Below, piece by piece: positions 27,717 through 43,931 of a stretch of DNA of 64,000 nucleotides. Location of the stretch: the NCBI RefSeq assembly GCF_009914755.1, contig NC_060932.1. One strand, given 5' to 3'. The position numbers and the translations under genes are program-made. The notes beneath the pieces were generated by a model, which did no database searches, had not been told where the DNA came from, and was given only the letters and a program-made list of their open reading frames with translations. Each line of letters opens with the position of its first letter. Positions within the stretch are counted from its first letter, which is position 1. The stretch comes from the human T2T-CHM13v2.0 reference genome, Homo sapiens.

Positions 27717-28080
27717 CATTCATTCAACCTGCATTTATTGAGACCTATTCTGGCCAGGCATCATAATAAGCACTGTAAGAAAAACAAAGATGAATAAAAC
27801 ATGTTCTCTGTCCTTGAGGATCTCACAGTCTACTGAGTAACGCAAGCAAATCAGGAAATAAGAATAACATAAAGTGATACACTTTGAAATAGAGTGGTAT
27901 GGAATGTGCCCTGGGAGACATCATAACTGCCAGACAAGGCGTGTAGGAATGTAAGACACTCCTGTCTGGTCCTTGGCAGCTGAGAAGCCAGGTCTAGACA
28001 GCAGTGTGAAAGCTGGAGGCAGACCTTGAGTCTGACCAAGAGGGTTGGGGAATGCAGGAAGTGGAGGTTGAGGGTGGACA
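27717..28080 (-). mobile_element. L2 fragment
   Basis: 'cattcattcaacctgcatttattgagacctattctggccaggca...tgtccttgaggatctcacagtcta'. Confidence 0.75.
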
Positions 28081-28183
28081 TTCACAGGTCATTGAGCAAA
28101 GTACTAGGTTTTTGCGTATATTGCGGGGGGAGTTTATTTTGTTTTCATATACATGCGTGATAGCTATTTAAACAAAGTGTTTA

Positions 28184-28511
<328 letters not shown>

Positions 28512-28728
28512 CCCGAATCACAAACTCCAGAGAGGTCAAGCAACTTAGAGCCATTCAACAAGAGACTGCCTGAACCAAAATGACAACTGTCAGAGGTCTT
28601 GGAACTGTATCTTGGGGGTCAGGCAGTTCTGCAGTGGCAGCTGTGCAGAAGCAGAATGTAAGTTTTAAATTCACTGGGTGTGGGGTTGAAACTGCCCTTA
28701 TTTTTGTGATGTGTCTGTGTCAAAAAAA

Positions 28729-28997
28729 TTTTTTTTGAGACAATTGTTCAAATGCAGTGACACGATTACGGGTCACTGCAGCCTCAACCTCCTGGGCTGA
28801 GGTGATCCTCTCATGTCAGTCTTCTGAGTAGCTGGGACTACAGGTTCATGCCACCACACCCCACTAATTTTTGAATTTTTTGTAGAGGTGAGGTTTTCAC
28901 CATGTTGCTCAGGCTGGTCTGGAACTCCTGGGCTCAAGTGATCTGCCTTGGCCTTCCAAAATGCTGAGATAACTGGCATGAGCTATTGCACCTGGTC
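28729..28997 (-). mobile_element. AluJ (small internal deletions)
   Basis: 'ctcctgggctcaagtgatc' J-type; TSD tgtgtcaaa. Confidence 0.88.
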
Positions 28998-29561
28998 TGT
29001 GTCAAATATTTTCCTTGTGCTTAATAAATGTTTCCTCTAATTATTAATAATAGCATGTTAATTCCTGCACATACAAGTAGCTGCTCCATTAGTAATCTTC
29101 TGTGTCTTACCTAAACTTCAATCTATTCTGTGGCAACCAAGAAGTCAGTTGGAATGCAGAGCTTTGTGGGGAAGAAATCCTATATCCTGGTGTACAGAGG
29201 ACCCTCTGGAGGCAGAAAATGGGCCAGGATGAGAAGCAGTGTCAGAGCATTCTGGCAAGGCAGACAAAGTTCATATAGAACATGGTCCACTGAGATCCTT
29301 TGCTTCTTTTTCTCTCAGTTTTAGAATTAGCTCAGTTGGGTGGGACAACTGTGTATTCTTCCCAGGAAACGAAAGCATGTTTCCACAGGCAGAATAATTT
29401 CTTACTTTCATCTTTCTGATAGCCTCTGTTTAACCAACACTCATTAAATGAGGCTCTGATCATATGCCCCAGGCAACTGAATTTGACTTAGGGTTTCAAT
29501 AGCAATGACATTTCAAACAATTATCCAGAGTTAACAATTCAGAAAATATATAATCCTCCTC

Positions 29562-30424
29562 TGCTATAGAAAAAAATATTCAGTGATACTTAAGGCATGT
29601 TTAAGAAGACTTTATTCAGAACCATTGTGATAGTTATAACCACTGTAATGGGGTCTTGTAGTGGGGGAAAGAGATTGAGCTTAACTCCAGACATAGCATT
29701 AGGCAAGTGGGAATTTATAGCCAAGAAGCAGTGTGGGGGTCAGTGGGTGAAAAATTACGAGGAAATACCAAGAGCGAGGAAGATTCTGGTTAAGTTTGAC
29801 AAAATTCTTGCTGAAGGCAGGTTTATTAGTCTATTTTGTGTTGCTATAAATGAATATCTGAGGCTGGATAATTTATAAAGAAAAGAGGTTTATTTGGCTC
29901 ATGGTTCTGCAGGCTGTACAAGGATGACCCCAGCATCTGCTTAGGTCCTGGTAAGGCCTCAGGAAGCTTTCACTCACGGCGAGAGGCAAAGGGCAAGCTG
30001 ATGTGTCACATGTCCAGAGAGGGAGCAATTAAGAGTGGACGATGTACCAGGCTCTTTTTAACAACCAGCTCTCCAGTGAACTAAGAAAACAAGAACTCAC
30101 TGATTACTGCAGAGAGGGCCCCAAACCACCCTAACACCTCCCACTAGGACCCACCTCCAACACTAGGAATCATGCTTCAACATGAGATTTGGAGGGGACG
30201 CACATCCAAACCATATCAACAGGCCACCTGGAAGATGGTAAAGGAGGAGGAGCCTGATCAGATATTGAGGATGATTCAATATTGAAGATGGGCAGTTCTG
30301 GCTAAACTGACTTGGGAGAGTTATTTTGCTAAACGGAATCAATCTGTAGAAGGAAATGTAGCCTTGAGCTAGGAGAAGGGCTAGAAGTCTCACTAATGTC
30401 TTGCCAAGCAAAGAGTCTTTGTCA
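29562..30424 (-). mobile_element. MER31-like ERV1 solo LTR split by MST
   Basis: Minus strand begins TGACAAAGACTCTTTGCTTG; TSD cctc/tctc. Confidence 0.78.
29822..30218 (-). mobile_element. MSTB-type LTR nested in MER31
   Basis: MST termini; 5-bp TSD gcagg/acagg. Confidence 0.88.
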
Positions 30425-30952
30425 TCTCCTACAGACATATGTTTCTAAATTGTCCAGGTAATGCAACCATACTAGTTTGGGAAATTTGGGCACAGGAAAA
30501 TACAAAGCCCTGGATGATCCATATCATTGGTTCAACCTTTTTTTCACAGGAAGATAGGGTGGTTTAGCAAGTTCTCTCTTAGAGCCTGGGGCAGAAGTCG
30601 GCTAACACTAGGTGCTCAATAAATGCTGACTCACTAGGATGGCCCTGCTTTCCTACCAAAGGCTCAAAGAATGAGTTTTTCTTGCTTAAACCAGTCACCC
30701 CAAAACAGCTGCTTCATTTTCATGAGATCATCTTAGCAATAAATCTAAGTGAGCTTTTAAGTTTGAGAATATATGATACATGCTAAAAGATTAATAGGAG
30801 AGAGTTCCTATCTTTTAGAAGCTTACCGATTACTTAGAAGAACAGCATTTAAAAATAGGAAACATTAAATAATGAAAGTAAACATAATAAATGTGTTAAT
30901 AATGTAATATAAGATGGTAAGGGGATGGACTGAACTTTTAAACATGGGGAGA

Positions 30953-31290
30953 TGTCTTAATCAGCTTGGGTTGTTATAACAAGAATACCATTAACTGGAT
31001 GGCTTAAATGACGAATATTTAGTTTTATAGTTTAGGAGTCTCGGAGGTCAAAGATCAGGGTGCCAGCAGATTGGGTGTTTGAAGACAGTCACCTTTGCAT
31101 TGTATACTCATGTGGCCCAGAGAGGGCTCTAGTCTCTTTCTTTTCTTATAAGAGCACTAATTCCATTCATGAGAATTGCACCCTCATGACCAAATCACCT
31201 CCTAAGGGCCCCACCTCCACATACCATCATTGAGGATTAGGATTCAAAGTATTAAAGTATTAGGGAAGACACAACATTCAACCCATAGCA
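30953..31290 (-). mobile_element. MLT1A/B solo LTR
   Basis: 'tgtcttaatcagcttgggttgttataacaag...acattcaacccatagca'. Confidence 0.82.
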
Positions 31291-31299
31291 GGGGCCATC

Positions 31300-31795
31300 A
31301 GCGTAGGCCTCAATTAGAAGGAAGTAGGTGAGTGAAGACTTGAAAGAAGTGGGGGTGATGACTGCACTGATCTAGAGGGAGCATCTCAGTTAGAAGGGGC
31401 GTCCAACCAGAGGTTTTAAGGAAAGCTTTGCAAGGGGGATGTTGAAACAGAGCAGAAGGTGAGCAAGTAGGAGAAAAGGCCCAAATGGTAACTGGAGGCC
31501 AGGTCCTGTAGGGTTCTGCAGGGAACCAGAACGATTTTGGCTTTGACTCCCAGGAAAATGTGAAACAGTTGCAGGCTTTGAGAAAAAAAAAGTGGCATGA
31601 CCTTCTGAGTTCTAAAAGGATTATTTTGGTTGTAATACCTGGCCCCAGGAGATAGAAGCAAAACAAGGCACTTGTTAGGAAGCATTGCAGTAATCTAGGA
31701 AAGAGATAATGATGGTGGTTGGGACCCGATGTAGCCATGGGGGAGAAGAGCAGAGGACAGATGATGGGTTTATTTTGAAGACAGAAAGTCGTAGA
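31300..31795 (-). mobile_element. L2 fragment
   Basis: 'ggcatgaccttctgagttctaaaaggattattttggtt...gcattgcagtaatctaggaaagagataatgatgg'. Confidence 0.75.
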
Positions 31796-31797
31796 TT

Positions 31798-32490
<693 letters not shown>

Positions 32491-32521
32491 TGCAATGGGT
32501 GTGTAATTTCAGAAGACATCA

Positions 32522-32948
<427 letters not shown>

Positions 32949-33799
32949 GGACACTCAGCTTTTAGAAGACACTAGGCAGATTTATTTGGTTGAAGTTAAA
33001 GGTTATAGAAGAGCACTTACTTGAGATAGGTACATGCAAAAAGGTAACCAAACCAAACGTTGCTCCAGGGATTCTTGTTAGATGAGCCTTGGTCCCTGGA
33101 TGATCCAGGCTTATTTTCCTGTCCAAATCCAAGAATCCTGGAAGCAGAACACCAGACCAATGCCCCTTTTAAAAAAATGGTTGTCTGCTACAGTATTGCT
33201 GACAAGTGCTTGGTTGACCTCTTCCTGAGGACCTCCAATGGGTGAATTCATTAGTTCAGAAGAGCCCCTTCCTCTGGGGGCAATTTTTGGTTTTGGAAGA
33301 TCTCCCAGTATTGAGCTGAATCTGCTTTCACGTGACTCCTAACCACTGGCTCTAGTTCATTTTCACTCATTTTCCTTCTGCTTCATTCACCTTTTGTGTG
33401 GTTTTTGAGGGTCTGGGTGTTAAAGGTGGACCTAGAGACAGAGGGCATGAGTAATCTGCTCACATCTAACTCCGACATAGACTTTCAGAGTGAAGAATGG
33501 GTGTGCAGGTACACATGAGATTTATGCATACCTCTGCCCAGTTTACCAAGGCAGAGTCAAGAAGTATTTGGATAGAGGCCTCAGCTAGGAGTAAAGAGTG
33601 AACTCAAGAACTAAACAGGGTGGCTTTGGGGGCCAAGGCAGGAATTCCGTTTCTAGAAGCCATGCCCAGTCCAAAAGTAGGTTCTATGACTCCCAGTTCG
33701 TAGAGGAGGGCTAGGGGTACAGAGGTTTAGGAAATGTCTTCAAGTCAAAGTTTGTAACTGGAAGAGCCAGTGGGAAATGCAGCTGTAACCAACTCCAAG

Positions 33800-34290
33800 A
33801 ACTTCTGTGGTTTCCAGAGACTGTGTCAGACACTGCTGGGGAACCAGAGAGGAAGAGATTAGGGCCGGAGCCTGTCCTCACATTGCTCACAGACTGGTGA
33901 GGGATGCATTAACCAAAATAAGCTAACATATAAAGGCCCAGGCACCACAGAAGCATGAATGAATGCTACGGGAGACCACAGGGGTGCAAAGTTATTTCGG
34001 GATATGGGTCAGGAGGTTTGGAGAGGAAATGAGATTTGATAAGTGGAAATAATCAGAGCAAAGCAACAACAAAATGGTTAAAGATGTGAAGAGAAGAAAC
34101 CATAGGTTGGATGAGTAAATAGTTCCATTTGACAGAGGCACAAAGTCCATGAAGGGAAGTAATAAGAACAGAGGTTGGAAACTGTTGCAAGGGCCAAATC
34201 ACCAAGGATCATGGATGATTTACTGGATTTGTTCCCACAGATAATCAAGAATTCTTGAAGGTTTTAATCATTGAGTAACCTGATCAAAGC
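33800..34290 (-). mobile_element. L2 fragment
   Basis: 'cctgtcctcacattgctcacagactggtgag...gaaggttttaatc...tgatcaaagctgtg'. Confidence 0.6.
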
Positions 34291-34383
34291 TGTGGGCATC
34301 GACTCTGTCCTCTGGAGCCAAGAGAATACCTTTAAGCCCTTTGAAAAGAATAGTCCCTAAAATGTTTAATTAAGGTGGTCTCA

Positions 34384-34699
34384 GGCTGGGCATGGTGGCT
34401 TACGCCTGTAATCCCAGCACTTTGGGAGGCTGAGGTAGGTGGATCACGAGGTCAGAAGTTTGAGACCAGCCTGACCAGTATGGTGAAACCCCGCCTCTAC
34501 TAAAAATACAAAAATTAGTCGGGTGCGGTGGCGCACGCCAGTAATCCCAGCTACTCAAGAGGCTGAAGCAAGAGAATCGCTTGACCCGGGAGGCAGAGGT
34601 TGCAGTGAGCTGAGATTGCGCTGCTGTACTCCAGCCTGAGCAGAGCGAGACTATGTCTCAAAAAAAAAAAAAAAAAAAACAACAACAAAAAAAGAAACA
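34384..34699 (+). mobile_element. AluSg-like
   Basis: Full Alu, 'ggatcacgaggtc'; TSD aaggtggtctc/aaggtgatctc. Confidence 0.92.
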
Positions 34700-34844
34700 A
34701 AGGTGATCTCTTCCCCTTTTATGTTGAAGCTAAGCATCTCCATTCTTAAAACAAACAAACAAAAACCCTCTTGTCTTTAAGGCTTGGTTTCAACCTACTT
34801 AGCATCCTGGTCACCCTCCCCTGTACACATTACATGCTTTGCAT

Positions 34845-35070
34845 AAGCAACTAATATTTATTAAAATCTTATAGTTGGCCAGGTATTATGGTAAAGATGT
34901 CAAATGAGTTATCTTATTTAAAGATCACAGTAGTCCTGTAAGAGAGATATCATTTTAGCCCCATTTTACAAATGGGAAATCTGCAGTTTAGAGAGGTTAA
35001 GTTGCCCAAGGCTAGTGAGTGTCAGAGGTAGAATTCAAACTTAAGCTTTCTACCTGCAAAGCCCAAGCTC
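34845..35070 (-). mobile_element. MIR
   Basis: 'ccccattttacaaatgggaaatctgcagtttagagaggttaagttgcccaagg'. Confidence 0.75.
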
Positions 35071-36887
35071 CTAAAAACTACACTACCCTCTCCCACCAGC
35101 ACCCCCACTGCCCAACAACAAAAGAGGCCCTGTGGAACCTCCAGACCACCAAGCAACTTTCTTTTTCTGAACCTCAGTTTCCATACCACTAAAGAGTTTG
35201 GACTAGAACCTCTCAAAGGTCCAATTCTGATACGCCAGTAAAGGGGTTATGTTTGTTTAAGTGAGTAATTGCAGTCTAATAGGGTCAGGGTAGCTGTAAC
35301 TGAATTGATTGAACTAATACTGCTCGAGAGTGGCTGAGGACTGAATTCTAAACACTATCTATTCTTAGGATAACCCTAGGAAAAATCTCATCTACCCTCC
35401 AGTAGCTTATTTTATACAAACAGATAGAAAATAGATCTTGTGGGGTAATATGTGCAGCATATTTGAAGCATACCTTAAATTAGATATAATCTTGGACCTA
35501 CATATAGTTTTCTTTTCATAATAATAGTAATAACAATAATAATAATAATTTATTGGTGGCTGAGAAGAAGGGAAAGGGAAATATGATTCTGATGGATACA
35601 GTGAAAAAGAAGTCCAATAATCTCTTTTACCTTTTGGCACTAAAAGCTAGAATTAAAATGATTGAGTGTGGTACTATAAATATAAATATAAAAGCGTATG
35701 GAAATGTGAGAAAATAATCCCAGCCATGCTGAAAGCAATGGGGTGTGGGGACTGGTTGTGACCAGATAGGACAGGCAGGCGCCTCTAGAGACGGTCTGGC
35801 TCACTCACATCGACCTCTGTCATCTGCCAGGGTGAAATGGCCAGTGTGGAAAAGTAAGGCAGGACGGCAAGGTCCCTGCCACAATGTGGTGTCTCATAAT
35901 CTTTACCCTTGCCCCTGCCTTGGCCAAACCAGTTCCCCTGTAGCCATACCAGCCGAACCCACTGGGTAATATGGTGGAACTCCCAGTCCTGTTTCATAGG
36001 TGCCATGCCTACTCTCCTTCTAGTCTTCCAGAATCTGGATCCAGCCTGCTGACTTTTGGTTCTTGCCTGCACATAAGTATGACAGATCATACTGCTCTTG
36101 TGGTATCTGCTGAATTGTATTCTCTATCCTGGCTTCTCCCAAACAGGCCTACCCCATTGTTGCATGACCCAAAACCCTTTTGACCATATATAAAGGTTGT
36201 TGATTTAGCTGTCAATGTGCTAAATACTCTGCGTAGAATCTGAGTTTGAATTGAGCTTTTATCTCTGCTTAAGATCTCTCATCCCCTGAACTAGATGAAT
36301 GAGAGAGGAGCCAGGCCGGGAGCAATTTTATAGGCAAGAAAGCTTCTCACCTAAGACCAAAGTGTGTTTGGACTAAAGAGGGAATACTAGAAGTTGCATC
36401 TCAGAGATGATGCTGAAATTGAATATGGAAAGTTATCTCAAACTGAGCTATCTGTATTTCAGGGCTAGATAAAGAGTAGGAGTCCAGGCATAGAACTAAA
36501 CAGGCTTTCAGATAAATAAGAGGTAAAATAAGGAACTGTGAGTGACTTAGAGGTAGTATAGATAAATCGCGAGGCTGAGGGCTATAGCCTGAAGCCCTTG
36601 GCAGGCACTTGCAGCTGGGGACTTGGGCAGAGGTTCATTCATATTTGATGGGGTCTCTAATTCAGTGGCTGAGATACAGGGTTCTGAGTCAAAAAGATGG
36701 ATTTGGATCCCAGCTGTACTGTTAGCTATGCTGTGGTTATTCCAGAATTTTTACAACAGAGTGCTTGAGGGAAGCCATCTGGTTGGAATAAGAGCTTGGG
36801 AACTTGTCTTGAAGCGGCCACTGTAACTAATATGGAAAAGAATTAAGTGTCTATATCTGAGAATGACTGAGGGTGGAGTGGTAGAGC

Positions 36888-37925
36888 AGTGTTAGTCAGC
36901 TGTTGTCACAATAATGCTACATAACAAACAACCACAAAATGCCAATGGCATATAACCATAAGCTTTTATCTCCGTGCACACCAGTACGCAGGTCAGCTGG
37001 GGTATCTCTCGTTCAGGTTAAGGATCTGTGGGTCCCTAGAGACACTGCAGGTCACCATGGGTCAACTCATCTGTGTTGTGCTTGCTCAACTCTGATTTCA
37101 AGTAGAGAACTGGGTCCAGGTTTGCTCTACTTGTCTTATAACTTCTAAGAACAAGTGGCTACCTAGATTATATTCTACTCATGGAGAAAGGCAGCACAAG
37201 TGAGTGTGCCGAAACACACAAGCACATTTCAGCCCTTTGCTCAAGTCATGTCCGCTAACATCCCATCGGCCAACACAAGCCCCAGGGCCAAGCCCAAAGC
37301 TGCATGATAGGGAAGCATGCACATGCCTTCTGTGGCCCCGTGCAAAGCTCATACTATGTGCTGCATGACAGCCAATAAATCGAGAGACTGGGTACTGGGG
37401 CAAGGAAAGTGACTATTTCAGAGAGCCAGCAGACTGAGAAGATGGTGGACTAGCATCCTAAAGAACCATAGCTAATTTGGGGCTCCTTTTATGTTAGGGG
37501 AAAGGGGAAGATGGAGGGGGTTAATGTCAAAAGGTGACTGATGACCACACATACCTGAGAAGCAATGAGGGTAAACTTCTTTATCCTTGGTCTGATCATG
37601 ATGCTCCTGTGAAATTTTAACATGAAATTGTGATGTGTGTGTACACCCTTATTTCTCCAGGAGTTAGTTTTGGGAAAGGACTACTATTATCCTTGCTTTA
37701 TAGTTAAACTACAAAATAAATGCCTCCTATAGTTAGCTTGGCCTACGTGCAGAGATAAGCAAAAGCAGTTCACCTAAGAGATATAATGGGTGATGGTTAG
37801 AAGCAAAATGAAGTTAGTCAGGCTAGGTCTCCTTTTCACTGTTAAACTTCCACTCTGATGACATGGGAAGAAGGCTGTGGACAGAATACAACCACTGGCG
37901 GTGAAGAGTTGAGACCAAGTCACCC
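36888..37925 (-). mobile_element. Old MLT1 LTR split by ERV1 LTR
   Basis: 'tgttagtcagctgttgtcacaataatgctacataacaaacaaccacaaaat...catcccatcggccaacacaag'. Confidence 0.7.
37335..37847 (-). mobile_element. ERV1-class solo LTR (LOR1/LTR48-like group; subfamily uncertain)
   Basis: 'tatccttgctttatagttaaactacaaaataaatgcctcctatagttagcttggcctac...gttagaagcaaaatg'. Confidence 0.65.
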
Positions 37926-38019
37926 TTGGGTAGAGTTGCATAGTACTTGGCCTTGGATAAGTCTTAAAGTTTCTCATGTAAACTTCCATTTTCTCCTTTG
38001 TAAATTTAGACTGCTAAAA

Positions 38020-38270
38020 CTCAGAGAAGCACAGAATGCAACCGAGTGGACAGAGGAGCCATTCTTACTGGGTTCCATTCTTAGTCCCACTGCCAACTAG
38101 CTGTGTGTCCCTGTGCAAATCACTTAATTGTTTTGTGCTTCAGTTTCCTCATTGGTAAAATAGGCATCATGATAGTGGTAATGATTTTTTCATAGGATTA
38201 TTGAGACATTAAGGGAGTAAATGTCTGTAAAGTACCTAGAAAATCACCTGGCACAGAATCTGCTAGACAT
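38020..38270 (+). mobile_element. MIR
   Basis: 'gcaaatcacttaattgttttgtgcttcagtttcctcattggtaaaatagg'. Confidence 0.75.
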
Positions 38271-39115
38271 GGATGTTGCATCCGAAACTCTCAGCCACCC
38301 TCTGGACCTTCCCGTGGAACACATTTGCTATCCCTCTTATCCTTTGCTCTTGCCTTTCCTTCTGCCCCACCCGGTAGAATCCTTGCTGTTTCGTCTCTGC
38401 TTACTCATTCCTGCCTGACTCTCCCCTTTCAGGGGAACACATTCCCAGTGAGCTCTATCCTTCTCAAATCTGACTTTCCTTATCGTTTCTCGACTTGGGG
38501 TCTCCTTCAAGGCTTGCCAAGATATAAGGGCCTATATGATTTGGGAGGATATAGTAAAGATGAGGAGAGAGCCTGGACTCCCAGAAAGAAGGGAATGTAG
38601 AGGAAGTCTGGAAGTCCAGTGCTAAAGTGGGTATATTCAGAGTTCTATGACCCACTATGGGCCCAACAGTGACAAAGTTAATGGAGCCAGGGGCTGGGTG
38701 GCACCTGGAGCCCCATGAGCTATTGGGGCCTACAAACTTCAATCTTGTACGTAGTGATCTTTGTCTTCATGATCCTAGTCTCAGTCCTTTACAGTTTTAC
38801 CAAAAAATTGTAAACTAGAGTCAGTATTTTGCCTCTAATAACTACTGTTTCTCCAGGAGATCATAAACCCCAAAGGGCCAGGAGTTCATCTTATATATGT
38901 TTGTAGCCACCACCCTTTCCTTTCCTTTCAAACCATCCCCTCCTCCATGCCTACCACAAAGGTTGGGGCATGGTATGTGCTCTCTGTTTACTGAATAAAA
39001 TACTGCACCAACCTGCAGGGAAATCACTGCTAGGGTTACTGACAGAGATGAGTTAGCCAAGTCCACTTCTCTGCTTCCTAGAATGCCTTCAATATCCAGA
39101 ATTGCAGAACAAAAC

Positions 39116-39180
39116 CACACACACATCCCCATGCTGAAACACACACACACAAACACACACACACATCACCAAACACACAC
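39116..39180. repeat. Interrupted (CA)n microsatellite
   Basis: Directly visible. Confidence 0.85.
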
Positions 39181-40739
39181 TTAAAGTTTAATCATCCTGT
39201 TTATCCTCTGGGTTACCAGAATCTGGAAGAAGGAAAATGTGAAAAAGAAAGACTGACAAAAGAATTTCTCATTTTAAACATTGCAGCTAATTCCATTAAT
39301 TATGTTGTGATGCAATTAAGCATTTCATTTCAGAGCTATTAAAGTTTAAATTATTTATTAATAATTACAGATCATTACCTGATAGTGTTCACTCTGCAGA
39401 ACAGGTGATGAATAATTTAGCAGCTTTGACATGGTTTTCTCCTTACAGCCCTCTTTGGATGGTGTCTATATTTGTACATGTCAGCTTGCCGATATATGTG
39501 CCTGTTTGTGTGAACCTACCTGTTCCTTCTGTTTATGCAGGATCTTCCTCATTTCTGAATATAGCTTAAAACTTTTCACCCTTAAAGTTTTATGACATAG
39601 ATTGCAGGTGAGATAGCAATAACGGAACGTTATATAGATAAAACATGCATTTTCTTCTTATGGTTGAAATGGACTTCAATTCTAAGGGTAAATGAGAATT
39701 ACGCTTATTCATTACAGAAGCCTTTTCCTATTCCTCTCTCCTTCCTTTCAGGATCTTTAATCATTGTTATCCTTGCATTGTTACTATATACAGGCATGAG
39801 CACAAATTAATTCTTTTGCTTCAGTACTGTTTAAAGATTGTTTTTAATAAAAATGAAAACAAAATTATTGAATTTTAAATACACAAAAGAATCTCATGAT
39901 GGAATCAATGCAAGCTGTAATTGACAAGTGGATACTGATGTTACACAGAGATAAAGACCAAAGTCCAGTTACTACTGAACCTAACCAATTAATTTTAACA
40001 GCATCTAGAGGGCTTCGCCCCCTAATATTCTATCTGGGAAGGATTCCAACTGGTGTCACCCATTTCCTACATTAGGAAATTATTCAAGACATATATACCA
40101 AGAGCACAGCTATACATAAGTGACTTCATCAAATACTATCTATATGGGCATAAATATACTATTATCTATTTTAGGAGTTTAAAGTGGAAGCCATTTCTTC
40201 ATTCAAGAGATATTTTTTGAGTCTCTAAATGGTGCCAACATTCTGCCAGATGCTGGAGATATGGCTGTAAATAGGCTAAGGTGGGAAGGTTTACTGGATT
40301 CAAAAACCAATTCTAACAGCTTGATAACACACTCTTTTCCAGTTGATCTGCCATCATTCGTCTATCTTTTGGTGACTTGTCCAGGAATGGGGACAAGCCT
40401 TTCCATTCCACAATAAAATTGACTTTTGTATCAAAAATCAATTTATTATAGCATGTTATCTACCGTTAACTTGTATATAGATTTGCTGTTAGCTCTTCGA
40501 AGCATAGTATCATCATTATTGTATGTTGTGGATGGATTCAGATTAAGATGTGTTTTTGTACACATTCTGCCAGGATCTGGACAGGGATGGTAAGGAGGAC
40601 TTTTGTTTTCTAAGCATTTACAACATTTTCTCAAACTCCACCCGCCTCAGACCTTTCATTCCCCATATCGGGGTGATCTGCTTATGCTGTGAAGCTGTCT
40701 CTTCTGCTCCTGAGTTGTCTCCAGAGACACCTTTTTTTA

Positions 40740-41132
40740 AAAAAAATGGTAAAATATATACAACATACTATTTATTATTTTACATGACATAACATAACAC
40801 ACTATTTATAATTGTAACCATTCATAAGCATAAAATTTGGTAGCTTTAAGTATATTCATAATGTTGTGTAATCATCCCCACTATTTATATTCAGAAATTT
40901 TTCATCATCCTCAACAAAAACTGTTTATTTTTTTCAGACTCCCCATTCTCTCTCCCCCCAGTACCTGATAACCACTATTCTACCTTTTCCTAGTCTATGT
41001 ACCTCATGTAGGTGGGATTGTACAATATTTGTCTTGTGCTGGCTTATTTTGCTAAGCACAGTGCTTTCAAGGTATATTCCTGTTGTAGCATATATCAGAA
41101 TTTCATGCCTTTTTAAAAGCTGAATAATATTC

Positions 41133-41171
<39 letters not shown>

Positions 41172-42010
41172 AACACATTTTGTTTATTCATTTATTAATG
41201 GACATTTGGGTCATTTCTACCTATTAACTATTATGAATAATGCTGTTATGAATATTAGTATATAAATATCTGTTTAAGTCCCTACTTTCAATTATTTTGG
41301 AGATATATCTATGTATCTATATATAGATGTATATATCTTGGAGGTATATATTAGAGAAATATATGTACACACACACACCTAGGAGTAGAATTGCTGGTAT
41401 TACTGGTGGAGGTTCTTGACTATGAATTGTCCAGGTTCTTGGCATTTTGAACAAAGAATTGGACAAAATGCACAAACAAAGCAACAAAAGAATGAAGCAA
41501 AGAAAGCACAGATTTACTGAAATGAAAATACACTCCACAGAGTGGGAACAGGCATGAGCAAGTGGGTCAAGAGGGCTGGTTACCGAATTTTCTTGGGTTT
41601 AAATATCCTCTAGAGGTTTCCCATTGATTGCTTTGTTATACCCTTTGTAAGTAAAGACTCGGCCCATGACCAAGTCTGATTGGTTGTGGAAGGGGACCGA
41701 TCAGAGTTACTTTCCATTTTTCATGTGTGACGCAGCGGAAAGGTGGGCGTTGCAAAGGAAGCAGCCTCCTATTCTTTCCTTACTTAGGTGGGGAGGGATG
41801 GGGTTTTCCTTTCCATTCAGTTCTAGGAAGTCAGTGCAAATCGGCTTTAGGTTCTCTGCCTTCAGACCCTATTCTCCTGCCTCATTAAGTCATATAGTAG
41901 TTCTGTGTTTAATCGTTTGTAAAACTGCCAAACTGTTTTTCACAGTGGCTGTACCATTTTACATTCCCACCAGCAGTGCAAGAAGGTTCCAATTTCTTCA
42001 CATCTTGTTA
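40740..42010 (-). mobile_element. L1MB-type 3' end, containing (GT)16 at 41135-41166 and a MER51 insertion
   Basis: 'cagaatttcatgcctttttaaaagctgaataatattcc', 'aaactgccaaactgtttttcacagtggctgtaccattttacattcccaccagcagtg'. Confidence 0.88.
41398..41884 (-). mobile_element. MER51-family solo LTR (ERV1)
   Basis: Minus strand begins TGAGGCAGGAGAATAGGGTCTGAAGGCAGAGAACCTAAAGCCG. Confidence 0.82.
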
Positions 42011-42019
42011 TTAGTGCAT

Positions 42020-43400
<1,381 letters not shown>

Positions 43401-43632
43401 TTACCAGCGAAGCTTTCGTCCAGATGCTATAAGCATTCAAATAGACTCCATCTTTGCAAAATAGTTCAAACAGTTTTTGTCAGTACAATTTTTGTTTATT
43501 GGAATGATGGATTCTCGGTGCTTCTTATTATGCCATCTTCTCTGACATCATTATTCTCTAGAGAGATATTTTCAGAAGGACAAAACACAGAAGGACACAA
43601 AATGGAGCCAAGCAACCCTAGGAAGTTTCCTA

Positions 43633-43931
43633 TTTTTTTTTTTTTTTTTTTTTGAGACAGAGTCTAGCTTTGTTGCCCAGGCTGGAGTGAGTGGCACCAT
43701 CTCCACTGACTGCAACCTCCGCCTCCTGGGTTCAAGCGATTCTCTTGCCTTAGCCTCCCAAGTAGCTCGGATTACAGGTGCCTGCCACCATGCCCAGCTA
43801 ATTTTTGTATTTTTATTAGAGACAGGGTTTCATTGTGTTGGCCAGGCTGGTTTCAAAATTTTGACCTCATGATCCACCTGCCTTGACCTCCCAAGTGCTG
43901 GGATTACAAGCGTGAGCCACCGCGCCCGGCC
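43633..43931 (-). mobile_element. AluS
   Basis: Full Alu with poly-T. Confidence 0.92.
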
